This document shows positions 11,068 to 25,201 of a stretch of DNA of 64,000 nucleotides, in pieces. The translations under genes and the position numbers were made by a program. Within the stretch, counting starts at the first letter, position 1; each line of letters opens with the position of its first letter. This stretch comes from the human T2T-CHM13v2.0 reference genome, Homo sapiens. Location of the stretch: assembly GCF_009914755.1 (NCBI RefSeq), contig NC_060929.1; one strand, 5' to 3'. The notes beneath the pieces were generated by a model, which was given only the letters and a program-made list of their open reading frames with translations, searched no databases and was not told where the DNA came from.

Positions 11068-13857
11068 TTTAAAGATAATTTAAGTAATTATCTTTAAAAA
11101 ATTATTTTACAAAATAATATTTTATTTTGTAAAAATAAAAATAGACTCCAGGATATTTTTTTCCTCATCTGGTAAATGCTTAAGAAAAAAAAAATTGTCT
11201 CTATATACACACATAGATGTTTTTTCTTAAAGAGAGAGCGAGAGAGAGACGATGAAAACACCTGGCTTTAAAATAAGTAGATGATAAAATTTCTAAGTAA
11301 ATATAGTGTGGATCAGTTCCGCTGATGATCCTGGCCCCCCTGCTGCTGGGGTCCAGCCAGTCTCTCCCAGACACTCAGCCCAGGTGGCACAGTCACAGGC
11401 AGACTCAACCCCGACAGAGGGGAGGGAGAGCAGCCCAGCGCCTCTGGGTAGCATGAGCATTGCCCGAGCCTCTCTCCACCAGCGTCCCTCCAGTGGCCCC
11501 TGAAAGAAAGAACACGGCCTCTCGTTTACCTGCCAGGAATGTAGGAGCCTGAAGCTACAGGAGAAGCTGTTGCTCTTCATAACTTGCGGGCGCGTTTTGA
11601 TGCATTTTTGGATTGTTTTCCTCTTGGTGCTCTCCAGAATTCACTGCCCCAGCCCTGGGAGAGGTCATTGTTTCATATACGGATGTCCAATGGGCCCAGC
11701 ACCACTTGTTGAAATAACTTATTTTGCACAACCTGTATAGCGACACAGCTCTGGACAACGTGCTCTCTGAGAACTTTCTCACTAGGTTGATGACAGTCCT
11801 GTGAAAATTGAGGGTGGTATTGACATCTCTGTCTGTGACAGATAGAGAAAACAAGGCAGAGAGTGTATGAGTCCTTGTCCAAGATGGCCCAAGTGCGAAC
11901 AGGTGGAGCTGAGACCTGAACGGTGTCTCCCTAGCACCCAGTCCCAGGCGCCCGTGCATTTCATTCTCTGCCTTGAGGGAGAGCCTCAGGTGATCTCCTT
12001 AACCTGGGAGTCACTCCCACTGAGGCTTCTGCAGGACCAGGGATGCCCAGCGAGGCAAGTCTCTTCACTAGCTCATGGGCTAAACGTGACTTGAAGTTTC
12101 AGTGTATTAGAATGTATTCAATACACTTACCCTATAATCCTGCCTCTGGTGAACCTGTCAACCACAACTGGCACAGAATTGCCTTTCCCTCCCCTTCCCT
12201 ACAAGACATGGCGTGGGCAGGAGCCACAGGCTCCTCCTAGAGACTAATCCACATCTCATAGGAAGAAAGACCTCGACAGAGAAGGCCTCTCCAATGCCAA
12301 GGCTCCCCTTTCAAAAGAAAGGAAACACCATCCCACCCGGGATCAACATCTTAATGTGGTCCCACCCGGTATAAACATCGTAACGGAAAAGGCAAGGGAT
12401 TTGTGTTTTGTCGCATTTTTGGGCTTCCTTTATCCTATTCTAAACATTGGTTTTGGACCGCGTGCTAAAGCCCCACTCCTATTTGATGTAATCCTTTGTA
12501 AAATCATGGCATCCCAATGGTCTTACACTCCTTTTAAGTTTTCAGTAAATAAATAGAGTCTGGCACAGCTGCCCCCCATGGTGTGACATGCCAGCACCCC
12601 AAAAGCCTCTCATCAATCATAAGATGGGGAAACCTTGTAATTCTACATGTTTCTGATATTTCCTTACTTAAGAAAATCATGTGCTCAGCTATTTAAAAAT
12701 TACTTTTCATCTTAGATTACTCTAGAGAAATGCTTGCCCAGTGAAGCCTAGAAATCTGTGAGCCCTTTAATTTTAGACCTTCGATTCATTGAAAGGAACT
12801 ATAACCTAATAGTAAACATTAATGTTACCCCCTGTAGGATAAAGGTGGGGGGTTAACATTGGACTTAACTCATAGACTGTTTTTTTTTCTTTTTGCTTAG
12901 GAAAATAAATTGCTTCATCTTATTGCTACAGTTTGATAATAATATTGATGACACAATTTTATCAGTCAATGTGTTATACTATTAATCTCCATTCAGATTT
13001 CAACCATAACTAACAGCGCTTGGTTATGTATGACTTTCTCATATGCCCTCAACATCGATAAAAATTGGTTTCTCCATGGCAAACCCAGGCCTAGCCTGTG
13101 GCACAAATCGTGTTTACTGAGCCACCACAGGCCCCAGGGATTCTGGGATGGTCCTTAACACTCCAGGTGGAGTGAGGAACTGCCGGTGGTCCCGGCCAGA
13201 ATCACAGCTTCCTTCCAGATTGCGTTCTTACTCCAAGAGCTACACTGCTAAGGAGAACAAGTTAGGCCACCTTCTTGGATACCCCCATTTCCTCACCAGC
13301 CCTAAGGCGCTGGTGTTAGACACCAAAGGAATGTGGTGTCTTCAGGCACTCTCCCAAAGCTCCCTCCTCAGTTTCTATTCTACATTTCTCTTAAACGCTT
13401 CAAAGTGAATGAATCGACCTGAGAGAAGAGAGTCAAGCTGTGTGAGATACACCTCATAATATGTAATTCCTTGCACTATTTCCCACAGCAGAAGGAAAAT
13501 CCAACTCACTAATGTAAGAAAATAAAGACATGAACAAAAGAATGAAGGAATGAATGAGTGGCTGGCTGGATGGATGGTTGTATTTACGAAACGTCATTTT
13601 CTAACAAATCAATTTTATTTTGTTTAATATGGCCAAAATATTTGGAAGTTAAGGTCATAGAGGTTTAAATTACACAATTAGCAGAAATTTGAGGCCAAAA
13701 TTAGTTTTTACTTTTCTTTGGAAATCATTTCACCAAAGTACACAATCCCTCCTGGAATGATAAATTAAGTTCAGTGTTACTAATTCTGAAAAATATGCCA
13801 ATCCCTACTGAGGTGTTGTAAATTATTTGTAAAGTCTGTGGATTAGATGTGCATTTT

Positions 13858-14180
13858 CATTTTTTTATTTTAAGTTCCAGGGTACATGTGCAGAACGTGC
13901 ACGTTTGTTACATAGGTAAACGTGTGCCATGATGGTTTGCTGCAACTATCAACCCATCACCTAGGTATTAAGCCCAGCGTGTATTAGCTATTTTTCCTGA
14001 TGCTGCCCCTCCCCCTGCACACCCCCCGACAGGCCCCAGTATGTATTGCTCCCTCCCCGTGCATGTCCATGTGTTCACATTGCTCTGGATGGAGCTGGAA
14101 GCTACTATCCTCAGCAAACTAACACAGGATCAGAAAACCAAACACCACATGTTCTCACTATAAATGGGAGCTGAAAGATG
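13858..14180 (-). mobile_element. 5'-truncated, 5'-inverted L1PA (about L1PA8-10)
   Basis: 13858-14085 is an antisense L1 3' end ('gggtacatgtgcagaacgtgcacgtttgttacataggtaaacgtgtgcc'). 14086-14180 is the adjacent L1 segment in the opposite orientation ('tggatggagctggaag...cagcaaactaacacagg'). TSD 'agatgtgcatttt'. Confidence 0.9.
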
Positions 14181-16265
14181 AGATGTGCATTTTTAAGTAA
14201 AAATCCAATTTTTCAGCAATGAAGTAGAAAGTGTGATTATGTCAATACTTGTGTTTGTGTGTTTGTGTTTCTATAGACCTCTTAGAAATAATTTAAAATT
14301 ATAACATTCTATTTATTTGTAGAATAAAAAGTATAATTAGCCACCTTGTGTGTCAAGCCTGAAGATTTGAGAAATTTACCTTCAGAAAGAAGTGATTTTT
14401 TCCTACCTTAAGTTTGTCACATCCTGGAAATGCCTATCAAAGTGAAACTTTGGACTATTCTCAAGCCAGAGATCACAGGCACTCTAGAGGACAAAGAGGT
14501 TGGTGTTTTTGAGAAACCAGTGTCAACTATACTCACTGAAATCATTAAAAATGTAAACAGCCTCTGATCATGACACAGAAACTCACTTTTGGACATGGTA
14601 TAGCCCCACACCTAAAAGCAAAATAAACCAGCCCAAAATACACAAACATAAAGCACAGGGTCACCAAGGAGCCACTAAAGGATTTCTTATCCTACTCCAG
14701 ATCATAAAAGACAGAAGTGAATGCAACCTTACCTAGGGTTGGGGACCTCATCTATGCATGAGGTCCCAGCAGCCAAAGGACCCTGGGAAGCATCCAGGTT
14801 ACCATAAAGAAAAAAAGAGATAGCTTGGAGAACCAAGCTGTCCAGACAATACCAAATATTATTACCTTGACTAATAAAATATTTCTCTCATCACATTAAG
14901 ATGAGTGTCTATATTCCCTGACGTTCCAAAGAGAAGATAACTGCAGCACATGTTATGGAATTAATATTTCAGGTTGTTTAATGTTTTGAGCTGCCTTTTT
15001 AAAAACTTTGATTGATCATCAGGTCAATATAAAGTTAAATCCCTTTGTATGCTTTGACACAGCCTGAGCTAAGGTCCTTATAATTGTGACTTACTTAAAA
15101 GGGGACTAACAACATACCTATGCTGGCGTCCTTCACGAGGGTGTTGACTGATGGTCATAGTACATGACAAGCTCAGATGTCAGATATGAGATATACGTGT
15201 CAACTTGCTTGCTTTATAGAAAACAGCGTTTCAGGGACAACATGCGTATATGACCAATTTTTTAAAGGCAAATCTTCATGTAAATTTGGGCCAACTATGT
15301 CCAACTCTTCCTGTGGGTGCCTGCAAGGGAGCCCTAGACCCTGAAACTACAGATGCTGTTTGGAAGCTTTGGTTAAGAACCAAGACTGAAGGTCTATCAA
15401 ATCTTCAGATAGACCAAGAATGACTGAAATCCATTGGAGAATTCTGAGGACCAACACAGATCAACAGTAAGTATTAAATTGTTTTATTTCTTTAGCACCC
15501 AACTCTTCACTCCCAAAAACATCTAAGTTGTTTCTAAAATTAGGTAACAATATCATTAACACTAGCATAAAATGATGACAAAAAGATGAATAGTATTCCA
15601 CTTGGCCTTTGGTATTTTTCTTTACAGGGGGATATCTTTCATTTACTTTCTCATCAAGACTTATATGGGTCCCAGGAAATGGATGGTGGCAACCTCAAAC
15701 CAAGATGTTTGAGGGGTGCAACTGGAGCCCAGTGAGCAGATTTTCAGCCTTGCTAGAGAAGGGAATCAAAATAACATGTGGAAGAACACTCTGTCCCATT
15801 GCTTCTCCGAATGTCCTCTCCTCTCTTTCCCCACACAAATGCATTTCTTTTTCAAGTACTCACATTTCCACAAGATAAACAAGGCAAATATGGAATTTCC
15901 CTTCCACATACTTTCTCTTTTATTTTTAAGCAGAAAACATACTACACACAAAATTCACTGGGGAAAATGGTTCTATTCTTGACAGGGAAAAAACAAAGAT
16001 CAAGTTGTAAAATTGTAATTAATAGATTGTCAAGACTGCAAGCTCTCTCCGGAGTGCTGGTTAGACCAGTTCTCTCATTTTCCCTCTCTTCTTATGCCTC
16101 TTGGGTTGGGTGCATGGATTCGCCATCCCAGTGCCCTGGATTTGCTCAGGCGGCAAAACTTCCCAACATGTATGTCCCCTGGTGTTTCTCAGGCCATCTG
16201 TGACCTGCCTGACCGAGATCTCCAGCAAGGCCCGGGGTGACTAGAAATCCTGCTGTCATCCTTCA

Positions 16266-16625
<360 letters not shown>

Positions 16626-17149
16626 AAACCCGAAAATGAAAACCTGAAATAAAACCCAAATGCCAACAACACCTCCTGTCATGCCCCCCATGCCATGTAC
16701 TTCTCCTGGAATTGATTTCCATCTCTTGTTCTAAGTAATGGAAATCACTCAAGAAAGCAGAGGTTGGGAGAAGAACGAGGCATCACAGGGTCTCGGTGAG
16801 CACAGCTCCCATTTCAGCAGCACCCCCAGGACGGGCACACATCATCAGTGTACCGCATCGTCCCCACACTTCGGACATAAACTGCTAGTGACAGGTGAAA
16901 TATTTATGCAGAGGAGGATGTTCTGATGTGCTGTGGCTTATTTAATATTGATATTTCTCTAGAACAATTGGGGGATTTTGCTCTGGAATGTGCTATTGTT
17001 TCTATCATTGTTGTTTTGTTTTTATCATTTTTAAATCAGATCAATTTTTTGGGACACTCCACTGGTGGACTGGAAATGCCACGGTTGTGTGCCAGGAGAT
17101 AGCTGCCTACAGGTTTATAAAATCAACCCTATTACTAAGAGTTAACCAG

Positions 17150-17340
17150 TTAGTGGGTGTTTGCTGCCAGGTGTGACAAAAGAATTACCTACATGATGTC
17201 ATCACACACTTGGGAAGTAGGTAATATGGTTCCCCGTTATAGACGAGGAAAGCCTTAAGTGTAAAAGTCTTTTCCAAGGCCATTCAGGGATTAAGTTGAG
17301 GCTGGAGCCATGATTCAAAAATCAGATGTGCCTGGCTCAA
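17150..17340 (-). mobile_element. MIR fragment
   Basis: 'ttccccgttatagacgaggaaa...tccaaggcca...ggagccatgattcaaa'. Confidence 0.6.
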
Positions 17341-19646
17341 CCCAGAAGACTTCGCTGTGTGCCGCCAGAGGGAGGACTCGTGGTGAAGCTGATGCAGCAG
17401 ACGCTTTGCTCCCAGGTTCCTCTGGGTAACCCGGGCTGCTCTGCTCGGGGCAGGCAGGGAGGGAAGCCAGGTGCACTCCAGGAGCAGTTTCCGGGATGCA
17501 TTTCTCATAAATCTTTTCTTGGAGTCCCAGGAGAAAGTGACCTGAGCCTCTCCCGTCTTTGGTTGGGCTTTCTTTTCCCATCCCAAATCAATGCTCACTT
17601 TTATACCTAAAGTATTATTTTTCTTACAGAAGGCACAACTGGTGAAGCTTCAGGCCCCCACAAAACCTGGATCTTCCCCTATCAGTCACTCAATGATCAT
17701 CTTACAGTGGGTGTGTCTAGCAGATTATTTTACGCAGAGCAGGGTCTTAAGGCACTGGAATGCAGGGCAAGTGTGTTTGGGTAGAGGGGACAGAAGCAGA
17801 AGTTCATGCCTCTGAGGACACATTCTGGACCAGAGAGAAGGGCTCATTCGGCACACAGCAGAAGGATCTACGTGCCCAGAAACAGGTGGATGAAGAAAGC
17901 AAAGCTAAGAGGAGGGGAGAGGAAGGAAGGGGTGAGAAAGATGATCCTACAAGGCACCCGTTAAAAGGGCAGGGAAGGGGCTGAGTTTTTAAATGGCAGC
18001 AGTCACCTCCCTAAATCAAGGCTGGAGGCCTACAGGGGCTGGAGAGCAAGACCTGCAAGAGAGAGGTCTCAGAGTCAGCTGGTCTAAGTGTGGGCTGAGA
18101 ACAGCTTTGAGAAGAGGTGGACACAGAGTGGGCTCCCCTGCAGGGAGGCAGCCGGTGCGTGGGAGCACAATGTGGGGATGTTTTAAGTGCACATGCTTAG
18201 TTTAAGGCAACAAAAACAAGCCTGCTTTGCTGCGCTTTGGTCCCTTATAGTTGACTGATGTAATTGCACTATCAATTTTACATCTACGTTTCCCATACTC
18301 TTGCCTACTGAATCCCACTCTCTGTTATGTGCGCGTCTGCTGACTGCGCCCCTCCTACAGAGCTGCCACACATTCTGGAGAATATGAGGACAGGAGGATC
18401 TGCTGGGCACACAGAGGCCTCTCCCCAGTAATCTGTGTGACTATGCTGGACTTGTAAAGGATGGGCTTAGGACCAGCTGTCATATTTGATGGAAAATAAC
18501 TAACAGGATAACCAATTGTCTGACAACCAACACCCTGTGCCCCAAATCGCCGTGTGACATCTTTGGAAAACATAATCTCAACGTTTAGAAGTTGAAAACA
18601 CAACCTCTTTAAATGAGCATTTCCTGTAGTTTTGCCTAAACAGAGGGGTATTTGAGCAGATTCAGAAAGCTAAGCGAATAACAAAAAAAGAAGCAAAGTG
18701 CTTTTTCTGGTCTAAACTGAAGAACTGTGAACTCTTGGTTATCACGTGTTAGCCTCAGTGAACTCTGAACGCCAGAGGCTCAAAGCCTGAGAACTTGTGA
18801 CAAACCAGTGGCTGGGGCCATCCTTACCCCTGTTGACCTCTGGTTTCTCTCATTGTGAAAGCTCTTTCAGCCTGTGCAGAAGACAAAAGCCATCACCAGG
18901 GACACCAGATGAGTTTGTTAAATAGAGCCGTCTGGGCACAGAAGGTTCAATCCCATAAATCTTCATTTTTCCTCGTCTGTCCAGAGTGATTAGGATAAGC
19001 GTCTATATGAGGGACATTCACCTGGAAAGCAGCACAGAGAAGGCATTGGCATCCCAGGGCTGTGACATGGAGGCAGGGCTTCATAGGATGTTGGCAGGAC
19101 ATGGCATCTTTATGCCTGCTCAGTTCTCCTGCTGTCACCACCCATCAGAGACAGATTCAACCGTGGGGACTCGCGCGTTAAGGGACCACTGCCAGGAGGG
19201 CATTCCTTTACTGTATAAGAATTCAAACTCAAAGCACAAGATTTGTCAGAAGAGCTCAACAAGTACAAAGTCGCTGAGACTGGGAGCACCTTTGTGGCTC
19301 ACTTCACTTATAAAAAATGATAAATAACCACAGCCCAACTGAATACAAAGAAAATTGCCTTCTTTTTGGTGTTTCATAGGCTGGGTCTGTTTTAAAACCA
19401 TTGTTCTTATATAATAGTCTCACGTGATGATTGTTTATACCAGTAAAAAAAAAAAAATCTTAAAATCTCCTTTAAATTAAAAAGAAGATATAAACTATCA
19501 CTCCCTTATAGCACCCCTTTTTATAAGCATAATATTGAGACTAGTTAGATTTTATCTGAAAAAGATGTATAGTTTTACATTCAATCTATACATGAAAACC
19601 AAGTGATTTTTTTCCAAGAACTTTACAAATAAAACTGAGTAAAGGG

Positions 19647-19940
19647 GACAGGCGTGATGGCTCACACCTGGAATATCAGCACTTTGGGAGGCCCTGGAGA
19701 ATTGCTTGAACTCAGGAATTTGAGACCAGCCTGGGCAGTATAGTAGAACTCTGTCTCTAGACAAAATAAAAACAGTTAGCTGGGCATGGTGGTGCACCCC
19801 TGTTGTCTCAGCTACTCAGGAGGCTGAGGCAGGAGAATCTCTTGAGCCCAGGATGTCGATGCTGCAATGAGCTATGATCACACTAGTGTACTCCAGCCTG
19901 AGTGACAGAGCAAGACCCTGTCTCAAAAACAACAACAAAA
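19647..19940 (+). mobile_element. AluJ-type SINE
   Basis: 'ttgagcccagg', 'gagcaagaccctgtctc'; TSD 'aaaactgagtaaagg'. Confidence 0.92.
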
Positions 19941-20083
19941 AACTGAGTAAAGGGATTGAAGCTCTCCTTACATGAATTTAGACATGGCCTCAGGAGTTGT
20001 TTCTTGCTTTGTTTCTTCCAATTGTTTGCCCGGAGGCATACTGTACAATAACAAATTAAAGTTCTCTAGCTCTTTAAAATGTT

Positions 20084-20558
20084 CATGAAAGGAAAATAAA
20101 TCTTGGGGCCCCCAAATCACCAAGCTACATGCAAAAGTCAAGCTGGGAATTGCTTAGGGCAAACCTGCCTCCGGTTCTATACAAAGTCACCCACCTGCTC
20201 ATTGAGATAAATGCAGATCTGATTGCCTCATTTGGAGAGGCTCATCCAAGCCCAAAACAATGCAGCCATTTTTCTCTTATCTACCTATGACCCAAAAGCC
20301 CCCTCCCTGCTTTTGAGTTGTCCCGCCTTTGCCTGGAGTTGTCCCAGCTTTCTGAGGTACAATTTACACTTATTGGTTGACATCTCATGTCCCCCTAAAA
20401 TGTATAAAACCAAGCTGTGCCCCTACCACCTTGGGCACATGTGGTCAGGACCCCCTGAGGCTGTGTCACATAAAATAAACTTTTTAACTTAACTGCGACC
20501 TTGGCAAAATAAACTTTTTAAGTTAACTGAAATCAGTCTCTGATTTTCAGGGTTCACA
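20084..20558 (+). mobile_element. MER4A-like ERV1 solo LTR
   Basis: 'gaaaggaaaataaatcttggggccccc...gggttcaca'; 4-bp TSD 'tgtt'. Confidence 0.85.
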
Positions 20559-23500
20559 TGTTTCATATGCAAAATAAGTTCATACATTTAATAGGTGTTT
20601 TGTTATTGGAGAAAACTAACTCAATGCCACTCTTCTGCCTCATTAAGATAGTTCCCATTTTTGGCTAAAGTTAGAGTCAGTTCCCACCCCCCCACCCCCA
20701 ACTGCAAACAAAACCTGACCCTTTATGCCTGAGGAAGACATTATTGAGTCATACCTCCCAGATAGTCACATCTGAGGTCAGTTCTCTCCTATACTCTCAT
20801 TACATTTTGTCCTGGGGGGTTTCCTGTTTGCTAAGGTGGCGGGGGGTGAGTGGCGGGAGCACTCTATTTGAGAGCTGAGACCAGGATTTTCATCACAGTT
20901 CTGCTTCCCACCTCTGTTTGACACTAGGAGGGAGGCTTCTATTTCGACAAGAGGAAAAGAAGCAGTTTGGGGTGATTGCTCTTTGGGGTCCCTTTCAGCT
21001 CAAATTGACCTAAGTGTGCAACTCCTCTCTTGTCTATGGAAACCCGCCAGCTTTAGAGCTTTACTGAGGAGCCTCCCCCAGGGGATCATTTATTGATGCC
21101 TCTTGTCTGGAAACTGCTGGTTTTGGATCTAGGGTCTGGATTTGAGGCTGGAGGCCCATGACACCCTTGATGGCTGCCCAGCCTGAGCCGTCGGCATCCT
21201 GGAGCTGCTAGACTGCCTGGGTACACATCCAAGCTCTTCCTTTCCCTCCTTTCCAGTGAGTTAGGTTCTCCAACCTACTACCGTGAAGCAGGGCTTGTCC
21301 TGGGATGTCCCTTCTGGAGCTCACCCATGAGCCACTTCCCCACTCTAGGGACAGAGCCTCTTTCCTGTGGCCATGGCAGCTGAGCTTCCTTGAGGGTCAG
21401 CAGGCCTCAGGTCCAAGGGTCCCAACTGCAGGGACACACCTGGGCATCTCCGTGGACCGAATGTTGAGAGGTGACAGGCTTCCTGAGGCTAGGACATGAG
21501 TGTTTCCTGAGCTCCTCCAAGGCCACTGAGACTGCTGTAGCCTCACCTCAAATAAAAACAAAGGCAGCCTTCTTCATCTAAGGAGAGACTATTCGAAAGG
21601 ATTATTGCAAGAGGACAGGGCGCTTGCATGGTGGGATGAAGGCTGTTGCAGCAGAAGGCTCTGACCAAAGGTCTGCAAGCTTCTCAAGGGTTACGAAAAG
21701 GCTAGAAAGAACTGGGTAAGGTAAAAGGGAATGACATGGTAGCTGATGGGACCACAGATGAGAGAAGACTTCTCCCTGAGGCCAGGCTATTTCTGGAAGG
21801 GAAGCCTGTAGACTCCAGCTGAAGGTGTGGCCAAACCTCAGTGGCCTAAAGGAAGGGGATGCTGATGCCAAGCTTGGTCCACAGGCATTTTGTTCCAGTG
21901 TACTCATGAGGACAAGACACGCAGTGTATCATTTTGAGGTGGAGAATGGGGGTTTGCAGGTCTGTGTCTGGCTGGTGCTGGACAAAATGGGGGCATCTGG
22001 GAGTCTCATGGCCTCATATGGGAAGAGTGGTCTTCACAATGAGCCCATCTCCGGAACACAAAGGGTGGGGGGATTGCTCGGCCTTCACTGTTAGGCAGGA
22101 GCTCAGGGCTCCAGTAAATTTCAACCTTGTTGAGACCCAGATCCCCATGAGAACCAAGTTCTGGCTTTGCCCCTATTTTTTGAGCCAGGACAATAGGTCA
22201 CTGGCCGTCCTGGGATTTGGGCCGCCCGGGTCAGAATCTGTTAGGTCTAACTGCGTCATGAGTTCCTCCAGTTCAGTGTCTTGCTATGCTCTATAAGGTG
22301 AGAAAAGAACAGAGAAAAACAATGGCAGCAACGAGAACCGGGGCTCTCTTTCGGTTGCTGCAGAGCCTTGAACTCCAGCGCTGAAGAGGCTCTGAGGAGC
22401 CCCCAGATCTGGAAGGTAACTTGAGGAGAACAATTCTTAGTGGTTTTGGAAGAAGAAACTTGAAAATAATGCTGTCAAAAACATTTAGTAAGCACCCACC
22501 CCCTTTCAGGCCTCATCATCTAGGCACAGGGGACCAGAGAGAAATTAGAAACCACCCCTGCCCTGCGAGAGCTCCCAGCCCACAGCACAGAACAGCGGGG
22601 GCTGCTGGGGGCAGGGGTGGCCTGTAGCATCTGCTCAGGGCTTGGACTCCCCTAGAGCTGGAGACGCCCCTGAATTGGCTGCAGTGGACTCTTTCTTTTC
22701 TATGGTGAGCAGCCCAGGAACTGAAAGCAGGCCTGTGAGGGGACAGCCCGGCCACCTGCTGGGGCTGTGTGGGTGATCTCAAGGGGCACAATTTGGCTAC
22801 AAAAAAAGCACATATTGTAAAAGCCACTAGACAAGCGTTCTCTGCATGAATTCAAAGAAGGGCATTCATGAAACCTCAGGGGCGCTACAGAAAGGCAGCA
22901 AGGAGCGGCCAGTGGAGGAATGGTAGGGGAGGGTTACCCCAGACTGCCGAAATAGGGTTCCAGGAGAGGGGCCCAGCACTGCCATGGAAGACTAATGTTT
23001 GAGAAGCATTGGATAGATCAGGGGACTGTGGGGCCTGTGGGCCTGGGGTCCTGGGATAAATAAGAGACTATTCCACGCAGAGGCAATGCTCTGTGAAAAG
23101 TTCCAAAGGTGGAAATTGGTCTGCAAATACACGAGAATGTCCTGTGGACCAGAGTTAGCGTGAAGGGAAATTTCCTGCTGGGGAGAGGCCTTGGAGAAGT
23201 AGGCTAGAGCCTGTGGAGAAGATTCTAAATACCCCCACCACTGCCCCAAAGAGCGGGGACTTTGTCTTGTAACCAATGAGAAAGCCTAGAAGGGGAAAGT
23301 TAAACTGAGGACTACTGCTGCATTTTTCTTTTATGTTATTTACTTAACTTTTTTAATGGTAAAATTTGCATAGCAAAAATTTTATGCAATTCCTTGGCAC
23401 ATAGTACTTTCACAATTTTATTGAAGTTCATGACCCTGCTCTAAATGAAATAATAATTTGTGATTTTATTTTGTAATCAGTGATTGAATCTAGAAATAAG

Positions 23501-23653
23501 CATAGTGGTTGACTTTATATTTAGATCAGAAAGGACATGAAAGAAAATAGCTAATTCCAGGTGTGCTCAGAACCTCCACTTGGTAACAGGGTTTTGTGAG
23601 TGAAGACACAATGTTTAATATCAAATGTGTGCGTAATATTGCATATAATAGCT

Positions 23654-23945
23654 TTTTTTTTTTAGATGAAGTCTCACTCCGTCATCCAGACTGGAGTGCA
23701 GTGGCACAGTCTTATCTCCCTGTAATCTCCACCTCCTGGGTTCAAGAGATTCTCCCGCCTCAGCCTCCCTAGTAGCTGGGATTACAGGTGTCCACCACCA
23801 CACCTGGCTAATTTTTGTATTTGTAGTAGAGACGGGGTTTCACCATATTGGCCAGGCTGGTCTTAAATCCCTGACTTCAGGTGAGCTGCCCCCCCTTGGC
23901 CTCCCAAAGTGCTGGGATTACAGGTGTGAGCCACTGCGCCTGGCC
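23654..23945 (-). mobile_element. AluS SINE
   Basis: Antisense dimer; TSD 'tataatagcttt'. Confidence 0.95.
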
Positions 23946-24279
23946 TATAATAGCTTCTTAATATCCATGTGGACTGTCAGAGAAACTGACTCACGCATAG
24001 TAAGTCGTGCTCCACAGTGGACTCCTGGCTGGCAGGAGGACTGGCCTGAGAACACAGGGTCTCACTGGTATCACAGCTGCCTCCAATGTCCTTCCCTACA
24101 AGTGCAAATAAGTGTTTCCTTACCTCCCTCATGATACCTGTCAAACTAAGCTGCCAGCTCTCTACAAAAGCAAACTGAACCACACACAGAAGACACGAGC
24201 ATTAGTAAGCCTGGAGGCACAGCTGGTGCCCCACACACGTGCCCTGGGGAGCAGCCGGCCTAGGCTCCGTGCCTCCTTG

Positions 24280-25034
<755 letters not shown>

Positions 25035-25094
25035 CCCTTTTCACTCTTAAGTGACCAGTAAGACTCTGTTAGGTCTTGAAGGTTATAAGGATGG

Positions 25095-25201
25095 TGCACA
25101 TGCTCACTCATACATATCTGCATGGACAAACACACATACATGCACACATATTCTAACACATGTGCATGTACACAAACACGCGCACACACACACACACACA
25201 C
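25095..25201. repeat. CA-rich simple repeat
   Basis: Imperfect (CA)n ending in a pure CA run. Confidence 0.85.

Noticed and set aside
17359-17377. CTCF-like motif 'gccgccagagggagg' (similar partial matches near 18345 and 22875)
   Set aside because: Imperfect matches that cannot be supported without ChIP data.
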